Assembly: GCA_003695065.1 (NCBI GenBank)
Contig: RFJA01000070.1
Coordinates: forward strand, 1-47,404
Source of the DNA: Alphaproteobacteria bacterium
Lineage (GTDB): Bacteria > Pseudomonadota > Alphaproteobacteria > Sphingomonadales > Govanellaceae
DNA: 47,404 nt
Direction of reading: 5' to 3'
The notes beneath the pieces were generated by a model. The model was not told the origin of the DNA and did not search any database. It saw nothing but the letters and a program-made list of their open reading frames with translations. A program made the position numbers and the translations under genes. Below are positions 1 to 8,666 of the stretch, one piece after another; within the stretch, counting starts at the first letter, position 1, and every line of letters starts with the position of its first letter.

Positions 1-2
1 AT

Positions 3-572
3 GCAGACGAGTTGAGGGACCTGGCGCGTGATGCTGCTGACGATGCACGCGACGCGGCACGTGATGGCGCCGATGACGCGACCAAGGATGAACTGGACGA
101 AATGCGCGATCTAGCGCGTGACGAAGCGGATGAAATCCGCGATGCGGCGCGTGACGAAGCGGACGAAATCCGCGATGAAGCGAGAAAAGCGGCTGATGAC
201 CTTCGAGACGAAATGAGGGATGCTGCCGAAGAAGCCCGCGAGGAAGCTGAGGAGGAAGCCCGCGAGGAAGCCAAGCGGGAGGCTCGTGAGGAATCCAGAA
301 CCGAATCTCGCGAGGAAACCAGACGGGAAGCTCGCGAGGAAGCCAAGCGGGAGGCTCGTGAGGAATCCAGAACCGAAGCTCGCGAGGAAACCAGACGGGA
401 AGCTCGCGAGGAAGCCCGCGAGGAAGCCAAGCGGGAGGCTCGCGAGGAATCCAGAACCGAAGCTCGCGAGGAAGCCAAGCGGGAGGCTCGCGAGGAAGCT
501 GAGGAGGAAGCCCGCGAGGAAGCCAAGCGGGAGGCTCGTGAGGAAGCTGAGGAGGAAATCGAGAGTGATTAG
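3..572 (+). CDS. Highly charged D/E/R/K/A-rich tandem-repeat protein, C-terminal part (5' end runs off the window)
   Basis: This frame is open from the window edge to TAG 570-572. The product is almost entirely D, E, R, A, K, T and S (RDxADExRD units, then [24 protein letters not shown] units). No catalytic or membrane motif is visible. ORFs 111..644(-) and 220..597(+) are alternative frames of the same repeat. Confidence 0.5.
   Translation, partial: ADELRDLARDAADDARDAARDGADDATKDELDEMRDLARDEADEIRDAARDEADEIRDEARKAADDLRDEMRDAAEEAREEAEEEAREEAKREAREESRTESREETRREAREEAKREAREESRTEAREETRREAREEAREEAKREAREESRTEAREEAKREAREEAEEEAREEAKREAREEAEEEIESD
229..557 (+). repeat. In-frame coding tandem repeat (72-nt unit plus shorter variants)
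   Basis: Units 267-338 and 339-410 are 72 nt long and differ at a single base (gaatct vs gaagct). Truncated versions of the same unit (gaagccaagcgggaggctcg.gaggaa...) flank them on both sides. Confidence 0.85.
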
Positions 573-668
573 TTTTTCTGCGATCGAATGGGCATAATTT
601 GAGTTGGATGTACCCCACCAGGGTGCATCCAACCTTATGGTCAATAGTTCAAAAGGGACTCTAAGAAT

Positions 669-1598
669 ATGAAATATATTGAAATAAAATCTACTGTCAT
701 TTTTGCTATCGCATGCAGCATCGCGCTTGCCCTTGCCTCAACAGGTCCGGCAGCAGCGGAAGGAAGTGAATTTTCCGTTGATGGTTATGTCGGCCTCGAG
801 CACGAGGACAACATCACTGTTACCGAGATTGACGCGGAGACAAACGAAGGAGACTGGGCTGCAATTCTTGAACTGGGCGCCGAGTACGAGGTTGAGATTG
901 GAGAAAAGAATACCCTCAGTTTCGGCTATGATTTCAATATGAGCGAACAGTTTGACCTTTCGGATTTTGATCAACAAATTCACGGCGCTAATGCAACCTT
1001 CGAGCGCGATATCGGGGGCATCAACGCGGGTCTCACCTACCAGTTCTTTTATGCCCGCCTTGGAGGCGAAGGGCTGCTTGACATGCACCGTGTCTCACCA
1101 TTCATCACTGTTTTTCCCACGAAGAAACTGTTTATCCGGGCAGCCTATACGTACAAGGATAAAGACCTCAAGAATCGGACCGCGCGGGACGCTGAAACCC
1201 ACATGGGGGAAATCAGCGGTTTCTATTTTATAGATGGAACGGATACGTTCGCATCGTTGGGATATCGTTATGAGGACGAGGACGCGTTTGCTGACGAATT
1301 TGATTTCGAAGCTCACGTCTTCAAGGCCGGAATTGACACACGCCTGCCTTTTGGCGGTGAGAAAAACCGCTTCGAAATAGACGTTACTTATGAGATTCGA
1401 GATTACAGCGCGGTTACGCCCTCGATCGGTGAAGTTCGCGACGACGATCGCTTGACTGTGGATGTCTCGTGGGAAGTGCCATTCAACGAACTTCTGTTCG
1501 GGCGTGTCGGTTACCGGTATCGTGATTTCTCGTCCAATCTTCCAAGTGCCGATTTTTCGGAGAACCTGGTCTCCTTCGGGATCGGCTTCGAATATTGA
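669..1598 (+). CDS. Putative outer-membrane beta-barrel protein
   Basis: There is an N-terminal signal peptide (MKYIEIKSTVIFAIACSIALALASTGPAAAEG). The body has a Y/F/G/D-rich alternating beta-strand pattern. The C-terminus ...GIGFEY ends in an aromatic residue, as is typical for barrels. No specific family was recognised. Confidence 0.55.
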   Translation: MKYIEIKSTVIFAIACSIALALASTGPAAAEGSEFSVDGYVGLEHEDNITVTEIDAETNEGDWAAILELGAEYEVEIGEKNTLSFGYDFNMSEQFDLSDFDQQIHGANATFERDIGGINAGLTYQFFYARLGGEGLLDMHRVSPFITVFPTKKLFIRAAYTYKDKDLKNRTARDAETHMGEISGFYFIDGTDTFASLGYRYEDEDAFADEFDFEAHVFKAGIDTRLPFGGEKNRFEIDVTYEIRDYSAVTPSIGEVRDDDRLTVDVSWEVPFNELLFGRVGYRYRDFSSNLPSADFSENLVSFGIGFEY

Positions 1599-1611
1599 TC
1601 TGAACTATTGT

Positions 1612-1639
1612 GGGATGACGACTGGTGCGTCGTCATCCC
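1612..1639 (+). terminator. 11-bp perfect stem-loop just downstream of the OMP gene (no U-tract)
   Basis: GGGATGACGAC-tggtgc-GTCGTCATCCC lies 14 nt after the stop codon. It lacks a T-run, so function as an intrinsic terminator is uncertain. Confidence 0.3.
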
Positions 1640-2038
1640 AAACAAAGCATTATGCGGTAGGGTGCGAGTCAGAATAGCCCGGGTTCGGGTGAACTCTTCC
1701 GGACCCTGGGAGGAGCCGTGTGCTTGCGTGTGAGCCTCTGAAACAACCCTGGAATCGTCATAGAGGCGCAATCGTCACCTTTCCGACCATTTTGACAACG
1801 CATCGGAATTGTTAGAAAAACTCTGCAACAAGCTGCGAAAATGGTCTCGATAGCGCTTGCTGGCTTTGCGGCTTGATCCGCTTGCGGGTTTCTGCCGATC
1901 GGTCTACCCGTATGGTTTCGGCACACAACGGTACGGCGACTGAGGGGTAAGGCCATTGAGGGGTAAGGTCACTGAGGCTGGCAAATTCTCGAAAAAACCT
2001 TCATGCGCTGAACCCCGGGGTTCCAGATGGCCTGTTTC

Positions 2039-3037
2039 TCAATGTGCCGCTGATACCGTCCTGAACCCAATATGATCGGTGCCGAGACCGGTTTCCTGGG
2101 CATGGCGTGCCGCCGGGCGGTAGCGCATGCAATAGTTCGGGGCGCAAAGGAACGAGCCGCCCTTGATCACGCGTACGGGTACCCCGGGTTGCCGAGGGTC
2201 GTATCCTTCATCCGGGACTTTCCCGGAAGGCGCATGAGACGGATAGTAGGGGCTAGCCGTCCACTCCCACACATTGCCGATCATATCGTAGAGACCATAC
2301 CCGTTGGCCGAAAAGCAACCGACCGGGGCTACGCCGCGAAAACCGTCCTCTCCGCTATTGTGAACCGGAAATATGCCCTGCCAGGTATTTGCCATCATTT
2401 TGTCGTCTGGCGTGCGCTCGTCACCCCAGCTGTAAGTCTTGCCGTTCAATCCACCCCGTGCGGCATATTCCCATTGCGCTTCCGTCGGCAGCGCTCTGCC
2501 TGCCCATTTTGCGTAGGCAAGCGCATCTTCGTACGCAACATGCACGACCGGTAGATGGTCCTTTCCCTTGATATCGCTGCCAGGTCCCCGGGGATGACGC
2601 CAGTTTGCGCCGGGCACGAACCGCCACCAGCTCAATGGTTTGAAACCACGGGACCCGTCAGTGGGTGGGACGAACACCACCGAACCCGGTACAAGCATTT
2701 CGGGCGGGACACCAGGGTAATGAGCGGGATCGGGCTCACGTTCGGCCACGGTCATATAGCCCGTGTCCTCAACAAATCTCCGGAACTGGGCATTGGTTAC
2801 CTCGTGCACGTCGATGCTGAAATCTTCGACTCTGACCTCGACGGAAGGCCCCTCATCGGGATAGCGCCCAGCGGCCCCCATCGTGTAGGTGCCGCCCTTG
2901 ATGTCTACCTGTGCTCCGATCGAGGATAGGCACGCCGCCTGAGGTGGCGCGAGTTCGACTTTACCCTGCAAGATATGGAAGAATGCCATCGCGGACAGGG
3001 CCACCAAGCTACCTGTGATTATCAATCTCGTCTGCAT
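2039..3037 (-). CDS. Formylglycine-generating enzyme (FGE/SUMF1-type sulfatase maturase)
   Basis: FGE-sulfatase domain hallmarks are present: HEVTNAQF, AYAKWAG.RLPTEAQWEYAARGG, GNVWEWT, RVIKGGSF and a C-terminal RCA-like region. I chose the ATG at 3037 (MQTRLIITGS..., an N-terminal membrane anchor) over the 3160 ORF start, because the longer form would overlap the sulfatase gene. Confidence 0.85.
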   Translation of the reverse strand: MQTRLIITGSLVALSAMAFFHILQGKVELAPPQAACLSSIGAQVDIKGGTYTMGAAGRYPDEGPSVEVRVEDFSIDVHEVTNAQFRRFVEDTGYMTVAEREPDPAHYPGVPPEMLVPGSVVFVPPTDGSRGFKPLSWWRFVPGANWRHPRGPGSDIKGKDHLPVVHVAYEDALAYAKWAGRALPTEAQWEYAARGGLNGKTYSWGDERTPDDKMMANTWQGIFPVHNSGEDGFRGVAPVGCFSANGYGLYDMIGNVWEWTASPYYPSHAPSGKVPDEGYDPRQPGVPVRVIKGGSFLCAPNYCMRYRPAARHAQETGLGTDHIGFRTVSAAH

Positions 3038-3078
3038 GGCGCTCCATTTGCCGCAAACCGGCGTTTCCAAAGGCGGTA

Positions 3079-4713
3079 TTACTCTTCTTCGGCACCTTTC
3101 GGACCGGTCCCCTCTTCGCCGGGGGAGAACTTTGGCAGGATTTTCGTTTGGGGTTCCCACTTGTCGCCGTAAAGCCGTTTGAACATTTCCGGCCGAACCA
3201 CAGAGCCCTTGGCCGTTCCGCCTTTCCAGAGATCATATTGGGGGTCGGAGTAGCGTTCGAAAAAATCGGTCAGAAGCTGGCTCAATCCAGAGACGATAGC
3301 GGCATAGTCGGCACGTCCATAGAGGTTGGTGGTTTGCTCAGGGTCGGCCTTCATATCATAAAGCTCAGGCTCGCCGGTCCCCTCGATCCGCATCCAGAAG
3401 GCGAAGCGGTCTGTTCGAACACCGCGGGTTTCTTCCTGTTCAAAGAAGACTGACTTGCGCCCTTCCGGCGCTTTTTCCGGGTCCAGCTGTGCTGCGAAAC
3501 TGCGTCCCGGGCTGTTGGGGAATTCCACATCATTGATACCCACGTAGTCGAGAATTGTAGCCGGAAGATCATACTGGGCGACCAGCGCGTCCGTTTTTCT
3601 GGACGCTTTGATATGGCCTTTATGCCGAAAAATCAGCGGAATGTTCATGGCGGTCTCATAAAGATTTGATGGCGTGGTCATGACCGTATGTTCCCAAAGT
3701 CCGTGCTGGCCATAGAAGTTGCCCTGATCGGATGAAAAGATGATCAGCGTATTGTCGTCCAGACCGGCTCGTTTCAAGGCGTCGAGCACGCGTCCGATAC
3801 CATCGTCAACCAGCGTATTTTGCGAGGCAACGTTTGCCATTGTGGCCGGATCGTTATGCATCATCAGGGCCTCGAAAATTTTCTCAACGACGAACGGGTC
3901 ATGTTTTTCGTCTTCGAGAAGCTGTCGCGCCATATTCTCGTTGAAGGCAGTACGGGGAAAAGATTTGAACTCCTTTCCCACATACTCCTTGTAGAAGCGA
4001 TTTTTCGCCGGTCCGGCATTGGTGGGCGGATTCAGATAGGGGCCATCGTAATTGAGCTGAAGATAGAAGGGTCTGGACCCTTCGTAATTCTCGATGTATT
4101 GCACGGCCTTGTCTGTGAAGTAGTCGACGATATGGCGTCCTCTAATCGCTTTGACCTCTCCATTATCGACGACTTCATTATCCCAGAAATCAACGGTGTG
4201 CCCGATGGTAAGCGTTACCCAATACTCGTAGCCAAGGGATGGTTCCCATGGTTGCCCCAAATGCCATTTGCCAATCATGGCGGTCCGGTAACCGTGATGC
4301 CTGAGTGTCACCGGGAGGGTGCGGAATTCGGCAATCGCTGACCAGTCCCTGGGCCAATTGGCCATCTGCCGGTCATCCAGCCAGTTGTGAATGCCGTGCT
4401 GGGATGGCATCAGCCCCGTCATCAGGGTCGCCCGTGTGGGGGAACACATGCCGTTGACGGCGAAGAAATGGTTGAATTGGACCCCCTCTTGTGCCAGCCG
4501 GTCAATGTTTGGCGTGCGTACCTCCGGGTTGCCGTAAGTTCCGATTATGGATGCCGGTTGATTGTCCGTCAGGATAAACAGGATGTTGGGGCGGTTTACG
4601 GGTTTCTCCATCGCCTGGGTGGAGACGCCGATCAATCCGACAAGGCCAATCGCTACTTCGATTGATCGGCGCAGAACCCGCGTTATGCTCAAACTTGACC
4701 TCATCACAACCAC
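3079..4713 (-). CDS. Cys-type arylsulfatase family protein
   Basis: The sulfatase signature C-S-P-T-R-A-T-L-M-T-G is present with Cys at residue 90, preceded by NILFILTDNQ, and GKWHLG lies downstream. There is an N-terminal signal-like segment. The gene is directly adjacent to an FGE gene, which fits a Cys-to-formylglycine sulfatase. Confidence 0.9.
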   Translation of the reverse strand: MVVMRSSLSITRVLRRSIEVAIGLVGLIGVSTQAMEKPVNRPNILFILTDNQPASIIGTYGNPEVRTPNIDRLAQEGVQFNHFFAVNGMCSPTRATLMTGLMPSQHGIHNWLDDRQMANWPRDWSAIAEFRTLPVTLRHHGYRTAMIGKWHLGQPWEPSLGYEYWVTLTIGHTVDFWDNEVVDNGEVKAIRGRHIVDYFTDKAVQYIENYEGSRPFYLQLNYDGPYLNPPTNAGPAKNRFYKEYVGKEFKSFPRTAFNENMARQLLEDEKHDPFVVEKIFEALMMHNDPATMANVASQNTLVDDGIGRVLDALKRAGLDDNTLIIFSSDQGNFYGQHGLWEHTVMTTPSNLYETAMNIPLIFRHKGHIKASRKTDALVAQYDLPATILDYVGINDVEFPNSPGRSFAAQLDPEKAPEGRKSVFFEQEETRGVRTDRFAFWMRIEGTGEPELYDMKADPEQTTNLYGRADYAAIVSGLSQLLTDFFERYSDPQYDLWKGGTAKGSVVRPEMFKRLYGDKWEPQTKILPKFSPGEEGTGPKGAEEE

Positions 4714-4739
4714 CTCGTGACATCCTGTTCATCGATGAC

Positions 4740-6988
4740 TTACCAATTGGTACGCAGCTGAATGCCGAAGGTCCGGGGTGGGTCGATGAAACCGAAATAG
4801 GCACCACGGAACACGGGTACGTCATTTACCCAGGTGGTCGTCTTTTTGTCCGTCAGGTTTCGACCAACAACGGCCACACTCCAGCGATCATCAATGTCGC
4901 CGAACGCGACCCGCATATTGAGCTTGGCGAAGCCGCTCTGCTTGGAGATCGGATCAAGGTCCTGGGCCGTGAAGTAGCTCGACGTAAAGTTCACGTCTGC
5001 CTCGACACTGAGGGTGTAGCGGTCTCCGACCGGTGTCTCGAAAGTGGCGTTCACATTTCCCGCAAAGTCCGGCGAGAATTGCAGATCACGCCCGCTCAGG
5101 TCCTGAGTGCACCGGCCCGCGGGCAAACCGGTCTCGGCGACAAAGGCGTTCTGCTGAGGCGCGGTGCAGGTGGCACCCGTAAACGAGTCATACTTCGCAT
5201 CAAGCCATGCCAGCGACGTGCCGAGGGTCAACGTGTCAATTGGCCGCCACTGGGCATCCATCTCCACGCCTTGAGAAGTTGCCGACGCTGCGTTTGTTGT
5301 GGCAAACGTCAGGCCATTGAAGGCCGCAACCTGCAGGTCGCTGTAGTCGTTATTGAAATAGGCGATATTGATCTTGGCGGCTCCCTTGGCCAGGGTAAAT
5401 TTTCCGCCAATTTCGAAGGCTTTAACCGTTTCGGGCTCGAACGCGGCAAGATCGAGATTGCCGGTTGAATTTTGGGCGTCGAAACCACCGGCCTTGAAGC
5501 CCTCTGAATAGGTGCCGTAGACCATGGCATCGTCATTGATGAAATATTGAAGGCCAAAGGCGGGCGTGAAAGAGACAACTGATAGCTGTGGGGAATGCGG
5601 CCTACGATTGCTGCAAGAGGCTCCTGCCCGGGCGCGGGAATCTGTGTCCCTAACTCGGCGACCACCAGTTGTTTGTCCACACTTTTCTTGTCTTCCGTGT
5701 AACGCATACCGATCGAGGCCGTGAGCTTCTGTGTTATGTCGTATCGGAATTCCCCGAAGACGGCATAGCTGTCGGTATCCTGATTAAAATTTGTGACGGT
5801 GCTGGCCTGAAGGGGAAAAATGGCCACCCCAAGATCAATCAGATTGACCAGGTTGAAATTGAAGCTCTCGTCGATCTTCAGGTCCTCGCTACCAAAATAG
5901 AGTCCGCCAATAAACTCGAGAGGCCCTGTAGACTGGTAATGTACCCGTAATTCCTGGGATATCTGTTCGTGCTCCTGAAAATTCGATTGGTCCACATAGT
6001 CGAGCGGCGCAAATTCAGCGCCAATATTATTGTTGAAATCATACCCGACATAGGCGGTGATCGAGGTGAGTGACCAGTCGTCATCAATGTCGTATTCGAC
6101 TGTCGCGGTCAGGTTTTCCGAATCCGTATTGTCGAAATCATCGCCCACCGTGGATTTTCGGAAATCCAGGTCGGACTCGAATGTGGGGTCGATCGCCAGG
6201 TATAGGCCTTCGAGCGGGCCCGCCTGGACATTTTGTGCCGTGCGACCATCAACGTTGTAGGAGGACACCTCGCCCTTGAGCGTTATGACGAGGTCTTCAT
6301 TGACATCGAAAACCACGATGCCCCTGACGGTGAATTCATCTCGCTCTTCCTCTTCGTTTTGGGTGAAGCTGTTGAAGACGTACCCGTCCTGTGTACTGTA
6401 TGTTGCGGCAAGCCGCGCACTGATATTTTCGGAAATCGGGGCCGATACCGCGCCAGAGACACTGAAGCGCTCGACATCCGTGAAATATTCGGCCTCGGCA
6501 AAGCCTTCAAATTCGTTGGTCGGCTTTCTTGTGGTGATATTGATCGCGCCGGCAATCGTATTCTTCCCGAAAAGAATGCCCTGGGGGCCTTTCAGGACCT
6601 CCACGCGCTCCACATCGAAAAACGGGTTTCGAGCCGACCGGCCTCGTCCGAAATAGACACCGTCGACATAAGTGCCCACCGATTGCTCAAACGCCTGGTT
6701 GGCGCCAGAGCCGATACCCCGGATGGTCACCGTTTGCTGCGTTGCATTCTCGTTAATCTGAAGGTTCGGAACAAATTCCGATAGATCCTCCAGCCTCCCG
6801 ATGGAGAGGCGTTCAATCTTGTCACCTTGGGTTACCGACACCGAGATCGGGACATCATCCAGGGTTTCAACGGTTTTCCGGGCGGTGACGACGATTTCAT
6901 CGAGAACGGCCTGCGCCGACGCCATCGACAGCATTCCGGTCATACAGGCGGGCGCCATAATGGCGGTGGCAAAAAGCTTTCCAGACAT
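4740..6988 (-). pseudogene. TonB-dependent receptor, interrupted by a single frameshift near 5570
   Basis: ORF 5309..6988 carries the signal peptide, the plug (DEIVVTARK...) and about two thirds of the barrel, then runs into nonsense. ORF 4740..5525 carries the barrel end (...YSEGFKAGGF ... RTFGIQLRTNW). The two frames join smoothly as ...HSYQLSL / FTPAFGLQYFINDDAMVYGTY if one base is added in the T-run (plus strand gaaag, 5568-5572). Confidence 0.8.
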
Positions 6989-7108
6989 CGATATCCTCCT
7001 GATCTGCTTTTTATTGCTTATTGCACGAACAGGTTATCGATGAAGCTTTTGCAATACTTATGGATTTGCGCCAAAATATTATGACTAAGCGCCAAAAACA
7101 GGTGCCAA

Positions 7109-8176
7109 ATGCAACAAGATCCAGACCGAGGGCCTATCCGGTCCAGAAACAGGTCACTGCCACAACAGACCTTTCTCGGCACATCGATTAGTGGCTGGGG
7201 TCGATCTGTTCTCCTTGCCCTCGATCGACTTGGTTTTGACGGAAAGGCCATTTTCAAGGAATGCGGGCTCAATCCGGATGATCAGGGCAACGCCCTTGTC
7301 CGAAACCCTGTAGCAAAAATGCAGCATGTCTGGCGCGTGGCTGAATCAGTGGCAAGCGACAAGAATCTTCTGGCCGTTGAAATCGCGCGGCATCTTAACG
7401 CCAGTTCCTTCTATGCCTTGGGGTTCGGACTATACGCGAGTTCGTCTATTGACGACATGTTCCAGAGGTTCGCCCGTTATGCCGGTATTCTGAGCGCTTC
7501 TGTGAACTTCCTCATCAAGAAAACCGACCTCGACGTTATGTTCGAGATCGACGACAGGCGCGTGGTGAGGTCGCATCTGACATCCGTTGTCTTTCTTTTG
7601 TTTCTTTTGCGCATATGCCGCGAACTCGGCGGCACGGATGTTATGCCGCGGCGAATTGAAGTGTCTTGGGATGAGGACGATTACACGCCAGCCCTGCGAA
7701 CGGTTACCGACGCTCCAATTTTCCGTCAGCGCCCGCGCAGTTTTCTTCAATTCAATCGAGAACCGGTGGAGCGGCGGCTGCCAAGCGCCAATGCGGAACT
7801 TGCGAGTTTTCAGGATCGGCTGTGCCGGGACTATCTGGCCTCCCTGGATGAACATGCACACCTCCCGTCCCGTGTCCGTCTCAAAATCGTGCAGGGGCTG
7901 GCCAACGAAACCTTGACCATGAAACGGGTTGCCTCAAGCCTGAATATGAGCCAGCGCAGCTTGCAGCGAAAGCTGCAGGAGGAGGGCACCAGCTATCGCG
8001 CCATTCTGAATGAAGCCCGGCGTGAGCTGGCCGCGTCGTATGCGATGAACGAGGAATTGAGCGCCACCGAAATCTCCTATCTTCTGGGCTTTTCGAATCC
8101 GGCACAATTCGCGACAACCTTTCGAAACTGGCACGGCAAGACATTCACGGAATATCGGAAAACGACCGTTCGATAG
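7109..8176 (+). CDS. AraC/XylS-family transcriptional regulator
   Basis: The C-terminus has the dual HTH of the family (...MKRVASSLNMSQRSLQRKLQEEGTSYRAIL ... ISYLLGFSNPAQFATTFRNWHGKTFTEYR). The N-terminal part looks like an arabinose-binding-type effector domain. The gene is divergent from the TonB-receptor/sulfatase genes. The start codon is uncertain. Confidence 0.85.
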   Translation: MQQDPDRGPIRSRNRSLPQQTFLGTSISGWGRSVLLALDRLGFDGKAIFKECGLNPDDQGNALVRNPVAKMQHVWRVAESVASDKNLLAVEIARHLNASSFYALGFGLYASSSIDDMFQRFARYAGILSASVNFLIKKTDLDVMFEIDDRRVVRSHLTSVVFLLFLLRICRELGGTDVMPRRIEVSWDEDDYTPALRTVTDAPIFRQRPRSFLQFNREPVERRLPSANAELASFQDRLCRDYLASLDEHAHLPSRVRLKIVQGLANETLTMKRVASSLNMSQRSLQRKLQEEGTSYRAILNEARRELAASYAMNEELSATEISYLLGFSNPAQFATTFRNWHGKTFTEYRKTTVR

Positions 8177-8443
8177 ATCGCTTTTTCCCGCTCAAGCAGT
8201 TTCGGGATGCGGACGCGACAATGGGACACACGAGGGCATGCGGATGTGCGTCACGGCCTTGCCGCTCAAGCGCGGGCCGGCAACGAGGCGTTTCCCTAAG
8301 CCAATCCTCAAGGCCTGCCACCGATGCAGGTTATGTGACCCAAATTCGTATCGTGTGATTGCGGTGTGACCGCTAGCCCCATTTTTCCCGAAATACCGTC
8401 AGTCGGGGACAGTAAATACCAATAAATTCGAAACCGTAAAAAC

Positions 8444-8489
8444 TGGTGGGCGCACCAGGATTCGAACCTGGGACCCGCTGATTAAGAGT
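8444..8489 (-). repeat. Orphan copy of the 3' 46 nt of tRNA-Lys (distal att site of the element)
   Basis: This sequence is 46/46 identical to 13100-13145 (TGGTGGGCGCACCAGGATTCGAACCTGGGACCCGCTGATTAAGAGT). Identity stops abruptly on both sides. Confidence 0.9.
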
Positions 8490-8605
8490 TAAAGGGTATA
8501 GGGTTTTCGGGCGTTCCTCATATTTCCAGAGGACATAAAAAAATCTGTGAAAACAATAGGTTAGAGATATAGCAAATTTCTGGACTTTCCCCGGTTTTCC
8601 GTTAT

Positions 8606-8646
8606 GGTGATTGCTAGGTGATTGCTGGCGCGCCCCAGCAATCACC
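8606..8646. promoter_or_regulatory. Candidate integrase arm-type sites (GGTGATTGCT, two direct copies plus one inverted)
   Basis: ggtgattgct-aggtgattgctgg-cgcgcc-ccagcaatcacc lies immediately upstream of the int start. The same motif pair occurs at the other end of the element (13006-13029). Confidence 0.4.
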
Positions 8647-8666
8647 GTTTCACCGGAGGAAAGGCC

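Noticed and set aside
229-557. Possible CRISPR-like or other non-coding repeat array
   Set aside because: The units are contiguous with no unique spacers, stay in frame, and lie inside an ORF. The 150-bp repeats at 10760 and 11760 occur only twice and are 1 kb apart. No CRISPR array is present in the window.
111-644. 177-aa minus-strand and 125-aa plus-strand ORFs in the first 650 bp
   Set aside because: They are alternative frames of the same 72-nt tandem repeat. Repeats keep all frames open, and only the frame that is open from the window edge gives a coherent product.
1940-1980. 16-nt tandem (c/t)tgaggggtaagg(c/t)ca, about 2.5 copies, in the 440-bp gap before the FGE gene
   Set aside because: It is too short and isolated to interpret, and nothing flanks it that would suggest a mobile element or binding-site array.
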